Part shown: positions 52,171 to 64,000 of the stretch, piece by piece
Layout of the letters: every line of letters starts with the position of its first letter
How positions within the stretch are numbered: position 1 is the first letter of the stretch
Assembly: GCF_006345805.1 (NCBI RefSeq)
Contig: NC_043008.1
Location: 20,646,001 to 20,710,000 of the forward strand
Length of the DNA stretch: 64,000 nt
Reading direction: 5' to 3'
Source: Octopus sinensis
Taxonomy: Eukaryota
Program-made: the position numbers and the translations under genes
The notes under the pieces: generated by a model
What the model saw: the letters and a program-made list of their open reading frames with translations, nothing else
What the model was told of the DNA's origin: nothing
Database searches by the model: none

Positions 52171-52715
52171 CAAACTTGCCATGAAGCAAGGAAAGACTAT
52201 TTGGCTTCTCAAGAAGTTTTTTTTGCCTTAACTTCGTTTAACAAAACCAAAACTTTTATTGAAATAAAGGCATGCATAATTATTTTTTAATGAAAAGAAT
52301 ACACTGATTGCTTTTTATTCAACGAAGAAAATACTATTGTCTTGCTAATAAATGATTTTTGTTGCCTTACAGCATTAAACCAAAAAACGTGTGTTATTTT
52401 GTGAAAGAAAACCATTATTGTATTCAGTCAAGATTGTATTCAGTCAAGGTGAATGTAGTCAAAATACTTCAATTTTAGAAACAATAGACTATTTGCTTGC
52501 TTCTTAATCGTGCAATATTTGCATTAAAATAGTTTTTCTTTGTAACAGAAAAAAGTCTATCTTTATTTCTTCTTTTGCTGGTGTCTCAAACTTAGGTTAA
52601 ATCAGTGTTTCTCAAAGGGTAGGCCTATGGGACGGTCGGACTTGTTTTGAGAAAATTTGGTTTAAATGTTTGACAACTCAGCACCGTCCATTGGACGGGT
52701 GGGGGCGTTTTGCTC

Positions 52716-52750
<35 letters not shown>

Positions 52751-52782
52751 GTGTGTGTATGTGCGTGCGTGTGTGTGTGTGT

Positions 52783-53161
52783 ACGATGGCCTTTTTCAGT
52801 TTCCGTCTAGTAAATCCAATCACAAGGCTACAGCCCGGTGCTATAATGGAAAACACTCGCCTGAGGGGCCACGCAGTGGGACTGAACCCGGAACCATGTA
52901 ACTGAGAAAGAAACATCTTTCCACACAGCCACGCATGCGCCTTCTCTGAAATCACATTTGCAGTAAATTCCGAAATTCATTTTGGCTGTTTTTCTTTTTT
53001 TATATTTTGATAATTAAACTTTCTATTCAGCTTCTACTCAACCAAGAACCAATTAGTATCGTCTATCAACATCAAAAGATATTATACAGAAGAAAATTTA
53101 GTTCGCAATTTGATCCGGGTGATAATCGTTTCTTTTCGCTCTCTCTCTCTCTCTCACTCAC

Positions 53162-53192
<31 letters not shown>

Positions 53193-53480
53193 CTCCCTCT
53201 GTTTCTCACCTCCTTCTCTCCCTCTCTCTCCCTTGTTTGAGTCATTAGAGTGCGGCGATGCTGTGGCACCACCTTGCAGAATTTTAGTCGAGTGAACCAA
53301 TCCTGATACTTCTTTTATCGTTCTGATTTGCCGAGCCACAAAATTATGGGACGTTAAAAGTAACATCGGGTGTCAAGAGGTTGTGTGGAACAAACACAGA
53401 CATCCAGGCACACACACACATACACACGCACAAACACAGATACACGAAAACACACACACACACACACACACCGCACACGC
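52783..53480 (-). mobile_element. SINE type A fragments (52783-52945, 53245-53480)
   Basis: ttttcagtttccgtctag...cgcagtgggactgaacccggaacc and tail motifs. Confidence 0.75.
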
Positions 53481-53553
53481 ACACACGAACACATACAGAC
53501 TTCTGCATGATTCCATATGTATATATTCTTTAATCTTTCATATGTATATATAA

Positions 53554-53765
53554 AGTTAATCCAAACAAGAAAGCACAAAAAAACACAACAACGCGAGGAC
53601 GTGGAACAAATATAGTATTATTGGACGCTCAGGAAAGAAGGAAAGAAGGAGGGTTTAATGTTTCGAGCGGAGCTCTTCGTCGGAAACATAGGAGAAGGAA
53701 ATATCCAGAGAAGGGAAGACAGAGGAGAAAAAATTCGCCAACGGTACACACGCGGTCACATTTTG
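53554..53765 (-). mobile_element. Second copy of the Penelope-like hammerhead-bearing fragment seen at 1862
   Basis: Reverse complement reads GTTT-CCGACGA-A-GAGC-TCC-GCTC-GAAAC-ATT-AAAC followed by the same 3' UTR. Confidence 0.6.
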
Positions 53766-53773
53766 AATATATA

Positions 53774-53842
<69 letters not shown>

Positions 53843-53843
<1 letters not shown>

Positions 53844-54092
53844 AAACGTTGTGTCCTTGAGCAAGACATTTATTTCACGTTGCTCCAGTCCACTCAGCTG
53901 GCAAAAATGAGTTGTACTTGTATTTCAAAAGGTCAGCCTTGTCACTCTCTGTGTCACGCTAATTATCCCCGAGAACTACGTTAAGGGTACACGTGTCTGT
54001 TGAATGCTCAGCCATTTGCACGTTAATTTCACGAGCAAGCTGTTCCGTTGATCATATCAGCTGGGACCCTCGTCGTCGTAACCGGCGGAATC
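53843..54092 (+). mobile_element. Chimeric SINE: type D core joined to type C tail 1
   Basis: ccttgagcaagac...cagctggcaaaaatgagt joined to ccttgtcactctctgtgtcacg...cgtcgtcgtaacc. Confidence 0.85.
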
Positions 54093-54562
54093 TTTTTTTT
54101 TTATATAGAAAATAGTAAAAAGTGAAAAAACTACAGAAGGCTTGTTTTAAAAGGTTAAAAATATATATATTTGAGTCAATATGTCTGAAGAATGTTATAA
54201 AATTTTTTCATACTGAGAACGTAACCGCAGGCGAAATACTGCTAAGCATTTCGCCCGGCGTGCTAACGATTCTACCAGCTCACCGCTTGTTTCAAACACA
54301 GTTACTAAAACGTCATGTTCTTAACTGCTTGATATTTATGGGTGAAGGGAAAGCGTTGATAGATGCAAGAAAAATCTAAATTTATTGTAATTGCTTCATT
54401 CCTGTTAAGCGTGTTGGACTTGAAAATAATTAATTTTGCTTACGGCTATTATTTTAAAGTAACTTTTCTGCTTTATTGATATACATATTGTCTTACGAAA
54501 AGCAGGAAAGCCCAAAAGGAAGGAAGGAAGATGAGGAAAAATACACACACATATGCACATAT

Positions 54563-54722
54563 AAAACGGGCTTCTTTCAGTTTCCATCTACGAACTCCAC
54601 TCTCCAGGCTTTAGTCGGCCCGAGACTATAGTCAAAGAGACTTGCGAAAGGTGTCACGCAGCGAGACTGAAACGGGAGTGATGTTACTGGGACGTAAACT
54701 CCTTACCACATTGCCACGGCTA
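54563..54722 (-). mobile_element. SINE type A 5' half
   Basis: acgggcttctttcagtttccatctac...ttaccacattgccacgg. Confidence 0.8.
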
Positions 54723-54780
54723 GTTGCCGAGGAGTCTTTCCAGATAATTCTCGTCAGATGCAAATAGGTTGAAACAAATA

Positions 54781-55167
54781 GAGGAAGCACTCCGTCGGTT
54801 ACGACGATGAGGGTTCCGGTTGATCCGAATCAACGGAACAGCCTGCTCGTGAAATTAACGTGTAAGTGGCTGAGCACTCCACAGAGACATGTACCCTTAA
54901 CGTAGTTCTCGGGGATATTCAGCGTGACACAGAGAGTGACAAGGCCGGCCCTTTGAAATACAGGTACAACAGAAACAGGAAGTAAGAGTGAGAGAAAGTT
55001 GTGGTGAAAGGGTACAGCAGGGATCACCACCATCCCCTGCCAGAGCTTCGTGGAGCTTTAGGTGTTTTCGCTCAATAAACACTCACAACGCCCGGTCTGG
55101 GAATCGAAACCGCGATCCTATGACCGCGAGTCCGCTGCCCTAACCACTGGACCATTGCGCCTCCACT
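54781..55167 (-). mobile_element. SINE type C, full length, 14-bp TSD
   Basis: ggttgaaacaaata at 54767-54780 and 55168-55181. Confidence 0.95.
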
Positions 55168-55799
55168 GGTTGAAACAAATAACGATTTATGTAAATAGAT
55201 GAATGCAACCTAAATCTAAAGTTCTTAGCGCATCTTCGTTTAGAACGAGTTAAAAAGAAAGTTCTGAAGCATGAGAGAAAAGTAAGGCAATATTTATATC
55301 AATAAAGCAGAAAAGTTACTTTAAAATAATAGCAGTAAGCAACATTAATTATTTTCAAGTCCGACACGCTTAACAGGAATGAAGCAATTACAATAAATTT
55401 AGATTTTTCTTGCATCTATCAACGCTTTCCTGTCAGCCATAAATATCAGGCAGTTAAAAACATGACGTTTTAGTAACTGGGTTTCATGCAATCGATATTT
55501 GAATAGTAGAAGTATTTTAAAAAAAGACAGAAACAAAGGGGAGGTAATTAACTTCACAGTAAATACACCCAGTGTATAACGAATATCTAAATTACATAAA
55601 CCAGCATTGCAGTGGTGTTTGATGTGTCCTGTGGTTTATCCTTATCCTTTAACTCTGCTGAAATGTTTTTTTTTTTTTAATGACGACATACAGAAAAATC
55701 TCACTCCTGGCATTTCTACAGTCACTGGAGGTTCTTGGGTATTTTAAAAGATACAGTTTTTCAATCAAGTATATGAAATACCTCTTTCATCCGGTGTAC

Positions 55800-56190
<391 letters not shown>

Positions 56191-56199
56191 ATATATATA

Positions 56200-56708
56200 C
56201 TAGCAGTATCGCCCGGCGTTGCTCGGGTTTGTAATGGAAATAACTATATAAGTATTTTTAGAGAGTTACTTCCCTTATAGATGCCAATTCGGGCTTTCTT
56301 AGCCATTTCTGTTTTGGTGTCTTCAAGCCATGAAGTCGTTGTTCTAAAAGAACGCTGGTCTCCTTGACAACGCATTACGACGTTGATTTCTTTACACTCC
56401 CTTCCCCACAGCTTCACGAGGGAGGGAAGGGGGAGAAGCAAACAGGTGCAGCTGTGAGCGTGGATGCCAACTCCGCCGCCATCGACACACGAAAAATTAT
56501 GCATTAAAATGGAATAAAAAATGATGTTAAATTATTTTTAAAATCGTAGACTCATCGTTGACGCGCGCTAATACTCAGATGGGCTCGATATGAATCACGA
56601 CTATAAGATACCCGAATTTGGTTAAACTGCACCGCAAAATGTGGGAGGAGTTAGGAATCTGAATCGAAGAGGACAGACACTCACACAACTAGAGTTTTAT
56701 ATATATAG

Positions 56709-56709
<1 letters not shown>
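56200..56709 (-). mobile_element. Complete non-autonomous Helitron (510 bp)
   Basis: Minus strand: A^TCTATATATATAAAA 5' end; subterminal hairpin CCCG-AGCAACGC-CGGG; CTAG^T 3' end; inserted at an AT dinucleotide without a TSD. Confidence 0.9.
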
Positions 56710-56743
<34 letters not shown>

Positions 56744-56766
56744 ATATATATTATATTATATATATA

Positions 56767-56819
<53 letters not shown>

Positions 56820-59169
56820 ATATTTATATGTGTGTGTGTGACTGTGTGTGAGTGTGCGCCGGAGGTGTATCAGTAATTTCACATGACGCCGACTCAGTGT
56901 ATAGCTTGATGCTTCAGAAATCAGCACTTTTCCCGTGGTTCTTCCGCTGATACTAAGAATATAATGGAAATCTGGAAATCTACGCTACTATGCTCTACAT
57001 CCACTCCATATCGTGTGATAAATTTGTTCCAAGAGTTGACCAATATAAAAGATGAAGAAAACCGATGGTGTTCTATTCCTCAATCATTTTCCCTCATTGT
57101 CAGCAAACCAAAACACTTGAATGAGAAAATCTGATTAGCAATCAAACATATCAGGTGTTAATGACCGACTACGAATAAATAGCGTTCAATACATATATTG
57201 TAAATTCTGTTTTCTCTGTTCGACACCAAAATTCCGATACTTAAAAATGTGAATGGCAGTTTCTCCTTCGGGGGCTTTCAACGAATGTAAGTGTTTGGAT
57301 TACACAAAAACATCTGAATACTGTCTGTCGATCTCTTGTTTGAAGGAAATAATGAAATATTTAATGCATAGGTGTTGTCCGAGTTCATGTACAGAGATCA
57401 ACGTTATACGTGATAATAATTAAAAGAAAATATTCCAAAATTTAACACTATACTCATGAACTTTTATATCATATGTAAATAAAAAAGATCTAATGTAATT
57501 ATTTACAGCAGCTGAACCAACTTTGTCAGACGAGAAAGAGTGGGTAGTAACATTACTTTATTTATTGTTTCCATTTGAGAAATCACTGCTGTTTTAAAAC
57601 AAGAATGCGTGTGGCCAAAAGAAAAATAATTCTACTTCGCAATTACAAATGTTTTCATAATGCAATATAATGGCGTGTGATTCTGTGCTAAGCAATGCTA
57701 AGAAACATTCCTCTGCTGGTTTCAACATTTACGAACTCAAGTATTTCCTACTTTCTAGATTTCAATGGACAAATATGTTTGAATAAATATGGGTTTGATT
57801 TTCGGGTTGGTCACAGTTGGAAAGTGATTTGATGTTATAGCTATATAATACTTTAAGACTGAACCATAGCTGAGGAGATCTGTGTATTACACACAAACAT
57901 ACATACATACACAAGCACATGCATATATACACACACATACACACATGCATACACACACACACAAACACAAACACACACACTCATATGTATATTTGAGGTC
58001 ACAAAAGCCTCCGCGGTTACTGACTAGCAACACTAGAAAGAAGAGCTAAAACAACTCAAAATCCACAAAGCACTAACTTAGATGACTGACAAAGGTAGGT
58101 AACTCCGCAGCGTATATAGTCGGATCGACGATTTCAGATTTGGTCACATTCCATGATAGTGCCTTGGTCAACCTTTGAACCTTGAATTCTACCTTCGTCA
58201 TGTAATATCCAATACATTGCCTGTTGCTAAGTTTTGTGTCATCTATGTATTTAAATAATTCAAAGTTTGAAAATATGACTATAGAGATTGTTTATTTTCA
58301 TAACGAGTGCTCGATCATCATGGCGTTACAGTCGGCTCTTTAATTTTTTGTTTCTTACAATGCTTAAAACTATAATTATCAAGTTTGGAAATTTCTCGTC
58401 ATGGTGATATCGATCCCATAATAGTATTGAAAAAAGTGATGCCCTTTATTATTCACTGATGCTTTATCGAATGATAATAACAGCATTAAGTAGCGTTTAT
58501 CTCCATATTAGTGAGGTACAAACAGTTTATAGGAAAATATAGGGATTAATATTCAGAATATATTTTAGTCAAACGTTTATACCTCAGAAAGTACTATCTG
58601 ATATTTTCAGAAAAATCAATTGAAATACTGCAATAAACTAATAAATTAATACTTCACGTGAGAGACTTACGAATTGGGCATTTATAGAATAGAAACGAAT
58701 CGTTTCTCCACAGTGTCATTCGACGAGAACGTGTGCCATAATGTTGCCTATTATTATTAGAACGAATGAAAAGAAGAGCATTTATTAGATAAGAATTAAC
58801 CGCAAAAAAATCCAATAACGTAATTAGAAAACACAAGTAACTTTGGTATAACCCTCCTTTTAATTACGTGAACGACAAATGAATAGCCAAAAGTCTTTTG
58901 AAGTTAATATAAGAGGCGCTGCTACCATATGACTACGGAAGGATCTTCAACAGAAACGTTAATAAATGAAATATTCAATTATGGAGAATGTCTTTATATA
59001 TAACATTATTAAAAGTAAAACATGCAATTAATTATTGCTGGCAACAAAATATAATTGGATTAATATAACAGATCCTTTATATTTCAATTGTTTTGCTAGT
59101 TTCACTGCATTCGCGCTGTAGATTCCCACAGCTGCATTGCCACACATGCGCGCACCTGTGAATTTTAAT

Positions 59170-59212
59170 GAGTATGTATGTATGCATGAATGTGTATACA
59201 TGTATATATATA

Positions 59213-59252
<40 letters not shown>

Positions 59253-59372
59253 GTATATATATATATTCATTTATATATATATACATATATATATATATCT
59301 ATGTATACATACATATATATATGTATATATATGTATATATATATTATATATATATATATATACATACATATA

Positions 59373-59424
<52 letters not shown>

Positions 59425-60676
59425 CATATACATACATATATATACTCATACATACATACAAATGCGCGCACACACATATACATATGTTATAACTATACAG
59501 GCATACTGGTAACTGTATCTGTGGATTTGTAAAAATCTATGTTAGCATTCACACAAAAATAAATATATATATATATTTATATGTGCATATTTGTGTATAT
59601 ATTTATATATATTTATATATATATTTATGCATATTTGACGTGTATATCTATAAATACCTATGTCATATATGTGTATCTCTGTTTGTGAATGTATGTATGA
59701 ATGTATGCATGTGTGTGTCCGTATGTATGTGTGTATATGAGTCTGCGTGCGTTTGTGTGTATGTGTGTGTAATGGAGTGTTTTGTGCACGCGCGTATAAC
59801 ATACCTACACATTCATATGTATAGCATTACACACGTGAATTTCTCTAAGGTCATACAAATAGATTACTTTACTTAATATCCATTCTAACAGAAAAATATT
59901 ATCATTGTTGCTTACATTCTTTGAAGCATCAATTGTTTTTTCAATATGTTTCTTAACATATTTCTTTTAATCTTGCTTTAAAGCGTATTTGTTCTTTTTC
60001 TTTCGAAAATACTGGTGTTGCATATGAAAGAGCATATTGTATATAGAATTCAAATTAACTATGTAAGAAGCATTATCATAAACTCATGAGTGTACGCATG
60101 ATTTCTGCAGGAGATTATTCTTTCGTTTAATATACGTTTTTCTTTGTACATATTGGTGTTTTTTCTCAATTCTGTAAGACTGCAGGTGTCCTCTTTTGTA
60201 GTTTTTTTTAAATAATAGATTATATTTCAATTGATCTAGGCAATGCACGTAATGTAATCCTTTCGCTCTGGCCAACATGACTACGCTTGAATTACCTAAC
60301 AGTATATAATTTTATAGATACAACTACATGCATAAATTTATATATATATATATACACACATTTATATATGTTATAATTTTATATACGTATATATATGTAT
60401 ACACACAGACACACACACACACAAATATACTGACACATGTATGTATATATGTGTGTTTATGTGTATGCAGGATATGTGTGGGCGTATGTATGTAGAGTTC
60501 AAATTTATCATATTGCATATATATACTTATGTATAAGTAAATATACCCCTATTTATCTCCCTCTCTCTTTCTCTCTTTGTATATACGCATATATATATGT
60601 ATGTGTGTGTTTGTATATATAAATAGGGGTATTTATATGTATATATATATATATATTATGTATATATGTATGTATG

Positions 60677-60708
<32 letters not shown>

Positions 60709-60750
60709 ATATATATATGTTTATGTTTATATATATATATATGTATATTT

Positions 60751-60809
<59 letters not shown>

Positions 60810-60850
60810 ATACTTATGTATGAGTATGTGTGTGTGTGCGTGCGTGTGCA
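59170..60850. repeat. Compound TA/TG/CA microsatellite fields
   Basis: Direct reading; main tracts at 59170-59490, 59560-59830, 60335-60480 and 60590-60850. Confidence 0.9.
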
Positions 60851-60954
60851 TATGTGTGGTTTCATGTAATGTGTAGGTCTAATATCGGTGCCTGAATTGA
60901 GTGTTTTTAGATACATGTGCGACTAGTGTTTATATATCTCCCTCTCCCTCTCCT

Positions 60955-60998
<44 letters not shown>

Positions 60999-62544
60999 AT
61001 TTATCAAACTAGCTATTTTTCTCTCACTACCTTTCTCACGCACACAGGAAATTTGACCGGAATCGGGTCCGACGTGAAAGTCTTGATTTAATATTATCAT
61101 TGCGACATTGACATAGCTTGATAATAACAGTATGAGACCATTTTTTCATAGTTTGAGCATAAAATGATAAAACATGCAACACGCAATAAAACGTATCTTT
61201 AGAAAATATTACCGATCTAAACTTGTTTTACCTCATGTTTTCCTTTGCACAATGTTTTTTTTTTCAATTCTACAAATGGATGCTAAATTAAATAAATAAA
61301 TATATATCAATAATATTTAAGGAAATTACAGATATTTGTATCAATCACCATATGCAATTGTTGTTCGAACGTTAATTTTCGGGTGGTGACCGGTGTCCTT
61401 GGCATTCCTCTCACATTTTTATCGCAAACAGAAAGTAAATAAAATCCTCACAATTGTATACCCTATTTCTGTTCATGTTATGAGTTTCATGCTGTGATTG
61501 ATTTCTCATCATGCTGACCAACGAGAGAATATACTAATGAAATTGTTTTCCTTGGTATTATCGATTTCGTTCAGAATATTTTAATCATTACGGGAATGTC
61601 ACTTTTACTATGAATGAGGTGTAATATGAAGGAGCATCACTGTTATAGTACCTAACTGGAATGGGTACTAGCTTGAGAGCCAGTTTTTTTTTATATATTG
61701 TTACAACACCTACCTCTATATATACACAAGCGACGTAGCGCTTAGTTGTTAGTGATGTTGTTATGAGCAACTGGTAATATCGTTGAGAGATGGAGAATTT
61801 GCTTTGAAGTATTGCTTCTAATATCACTTCAAAATGACAAGCAATCTGTCCAGGAGCAATTTGACTCTCATCAGTAAAATATTACTGATAATAGAGATAA
61901 GTATTGATCCAAATATATTTTTGCTCACTAAATGAATTGCTTACGTGTGAACGTTAAGCTCTTACAGCTCAACCTGTCTATAGACGTTATTAACAAAGAT
62001 TTGTTTTCCTACTGTCACAGTGGTATACTAATTTTACCCTTATAACATATACAATACTTTGCATGTGTAATCTAATGTATCAAAAGGAAGCTATCATAAT
62101 TACAATTAGTTAATGATGTGTTGCTTTAGTAAGATTAATAATGCGCTGCACAAGCAATTCTTTTGATCTAGATGAAAATACAAAATTAATTAGATATGAT
62201 CAAAGCCATCCAACTAGGAGGACTAATACTCATTAGTAATCAAATGACATGCTATAAAGCAGAAATACATACTCTATGTTCTGTTACAGGTGTTGTGTGT
62301 TTTTTTGTTTATTTTTATTTTATTGAATTCTTGGATATATATATATATATATATATATGTCCCTATATCAAACTGAGATAAATATCTCCACGAAAATGTC
62401 ATGTGTAGGGAAAATAATAACGGAGGTAGACTTGATAAATCTTACATATTTTAACAGGAATTTTTTTGTAATATGTAAAAGTAAAAATGAAAACTTTATG
62501 TTGTTTTATTCAATAGGCAGAAGTACGAAATTCTTTAGGTGAAT

Positions 62545-62805
62545 GGGCCCGGGAACAGGGTGGTGCAAGCGCACCGCCTAACATTTCTGGGGGTTGCAAA
62601 ATCAAAATTTGCACCCCTACTTGCTTTTCTCAGGTTTAGAAAATAAGATGCATAAAGTGGTCTATAAAAAATAGTTTGAAGTTAGGTTTCTCCTCAGAGA
62701 ACAAAGAATAACAATATATAAAAAAAAAACAATAATACCTTCATTGTAAAAAACATGTTGGGCCCCTAGGTTTGCACCTCTTATGAAAATTTCGTTCTCG
62801 AGCCG
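62545..62805. mobile_element. Possible MITE with imperfect short TIRs
   Basis: ggcccgggaac at the left vs gttctcgagcc at the right; internal ttgcaccc motifs; no clear TSD. Confidence 0.3.
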
Positions 62806-62959
62806 GTGTCTAGCTATGAATATATAAAATTACGTTAGCTGGACGTAGTTGCATCCAATACGTTTGTACATTGGAATAAGATTTGCTAATTTCCCTTGTT
62901 TATTAGAATATTAAATGTGAGTTTCTTTTATGAAAAGGGAAATCAACGATTTACATATT

Positions 62960-63100
62960 CTGATTTCAAATACTGCCGAGGTTGCCTTTGCCTTTCATCT
63001 ATTCTGGGATCGATGAAATAGCACCAGATCGAGCGCTGGAATCGATGTGATTATCGACCTTCCCCAAATTTCAGACATTGTCCCCATAGTATAAAGGATT
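62960..63100 (+). mobile_element. SINE type B fragment
   Basis: ctgatttcaaatactgccgaggttgcctttgcctttcatc...gatcgatgaaat. Confidence 0.7.
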
Positions 63101-63651
63101 ATTTTTGTCATTTTAGTTTCCGAACATTTTATCAAAATCCCGATTCTGTGCTAATATTTTTAACATTGCTCTGTTATCCACCTAAAATTATCAATACGTT
63201 TCTTCTGCTGCTACTGTCACGCTGTAATCTTCAGAAATATCCTTATCAAAGAAACTTGGAAAATATCCAGAATTCAAAAAATAAATATTTGTAACTTAAT
63301 TAACTATGCTGTAAATATATTGTAAAAATATCCAGTAGAGAACTAGACAACTGAGAAACAGGAGGTTAGGATTGCTACTCCTGGAAGGCTGTCAAATCTG
63401 TTCTTCAAACATTCAATATGCCGTTTGTCTATACAGTTATCCTAATGGAAATATATGTCTATATGATTCAAAAAATAGGTTCGTATTTCTTTGGGGGAAA
63501 TGTCTTCTCTTTTACAATAACCTTGCATAAACTTGTAACATTTCAACGGATTTTTGTAAGCAAATATTTTACAAAAGTCCGTCATGTGCATATGTGTGTA
63601 CATACATACATATGTACACACGTATGTACACACACACACACACACACACAC

Positions 63652-63692
<41 letters not shown>

Positions 63693-64000
63693 AATATATA
63701 ATAGAAATATATTACAAAAAGAAAATAGAAACTACACGTGGAAATGTAAGGGGAAAATACGAAAAATCAACGAAAATGCACGTTGTAAATAAATTAAGAA
63801 AAGGCTTTTTATGAAAGGTAACGACAGATATATATATATTTAGATGAACTGAGGTAGTAATAAAAGTAATAAAAGTCATAAAATCATTATGATATATATA
63901 TATATACATACTTACACACGCAGACACACGCACACATGCATACACACACACTCACCATCTATTATGTGTTATATGTCAGTGTATGTGTATGTTTATGTTC

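Larger units (their letters stand above)
54294..55484. repeat. Inverted repeat, ~200-bp arms (54294-54496 and 55282-55484), spacer containing two SINEs
   Basis: For example aaagcgttgatagatgcaagaaaaatctaaatttattgtaattgcttcattcctgttaagcgtg is matched in reverse at ~55365-55430. Confidence 0.9.

Noticed and set aside
61850-61880. Isolated CTGATGA/CTGACGA motifs (also 36362, 46403, 48514, 13638, 613)
   Set aside because: None is followed by a stem II plus GAAA; expected by chance.

Overview
AT-rich, repeat-saturated eukaryotic DNA, intronic or intergenic. It is most likely from an octopus (coleoid cephalopod); this is inferred from the tRNA-derived SINE families and the density of (TA)n, (CA)n, (GATA)n and (TATG)n repeats. 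No intact protein-coding gene, rRNA, tRNA gene or CRISPR array is supported, and almost all listed ORFs are microsatellite or repeat read-throughs. Recognisable content: about 35 copies or fragments of four tRNA-headed SINE types with shuffled modules; fragments of R4/Dong-like restriction-like-endonuclease (RLE) LINEs, including a (CATA)n-linked serial cluster with an 823-bp tandem duplication; an L1/Tx1 3' end; an RTE remnant; a degraded Helitron Rep/PIF1-helicase; one complete 510-bp non-autonomous Helitron; mariner and maT/DD37D transposase pseudogenes; and two minisatellites. The most unusual signal is a recurrent architecture of head-to-head inverted repeats carrying hammerhead-ribozyme-like motifs, the hallmark of Penelope-like element (PLE) termini. 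It occurs in at least four unrelated sequences. One of these (45038-45470) is a tRNA-headed, Pol III-type SINE with a hammerhead-like 3' module, a candidate Penelope-mobilised ribozyme-bearing SINE. Family names are assigned from remembered motifs, not from database searches.
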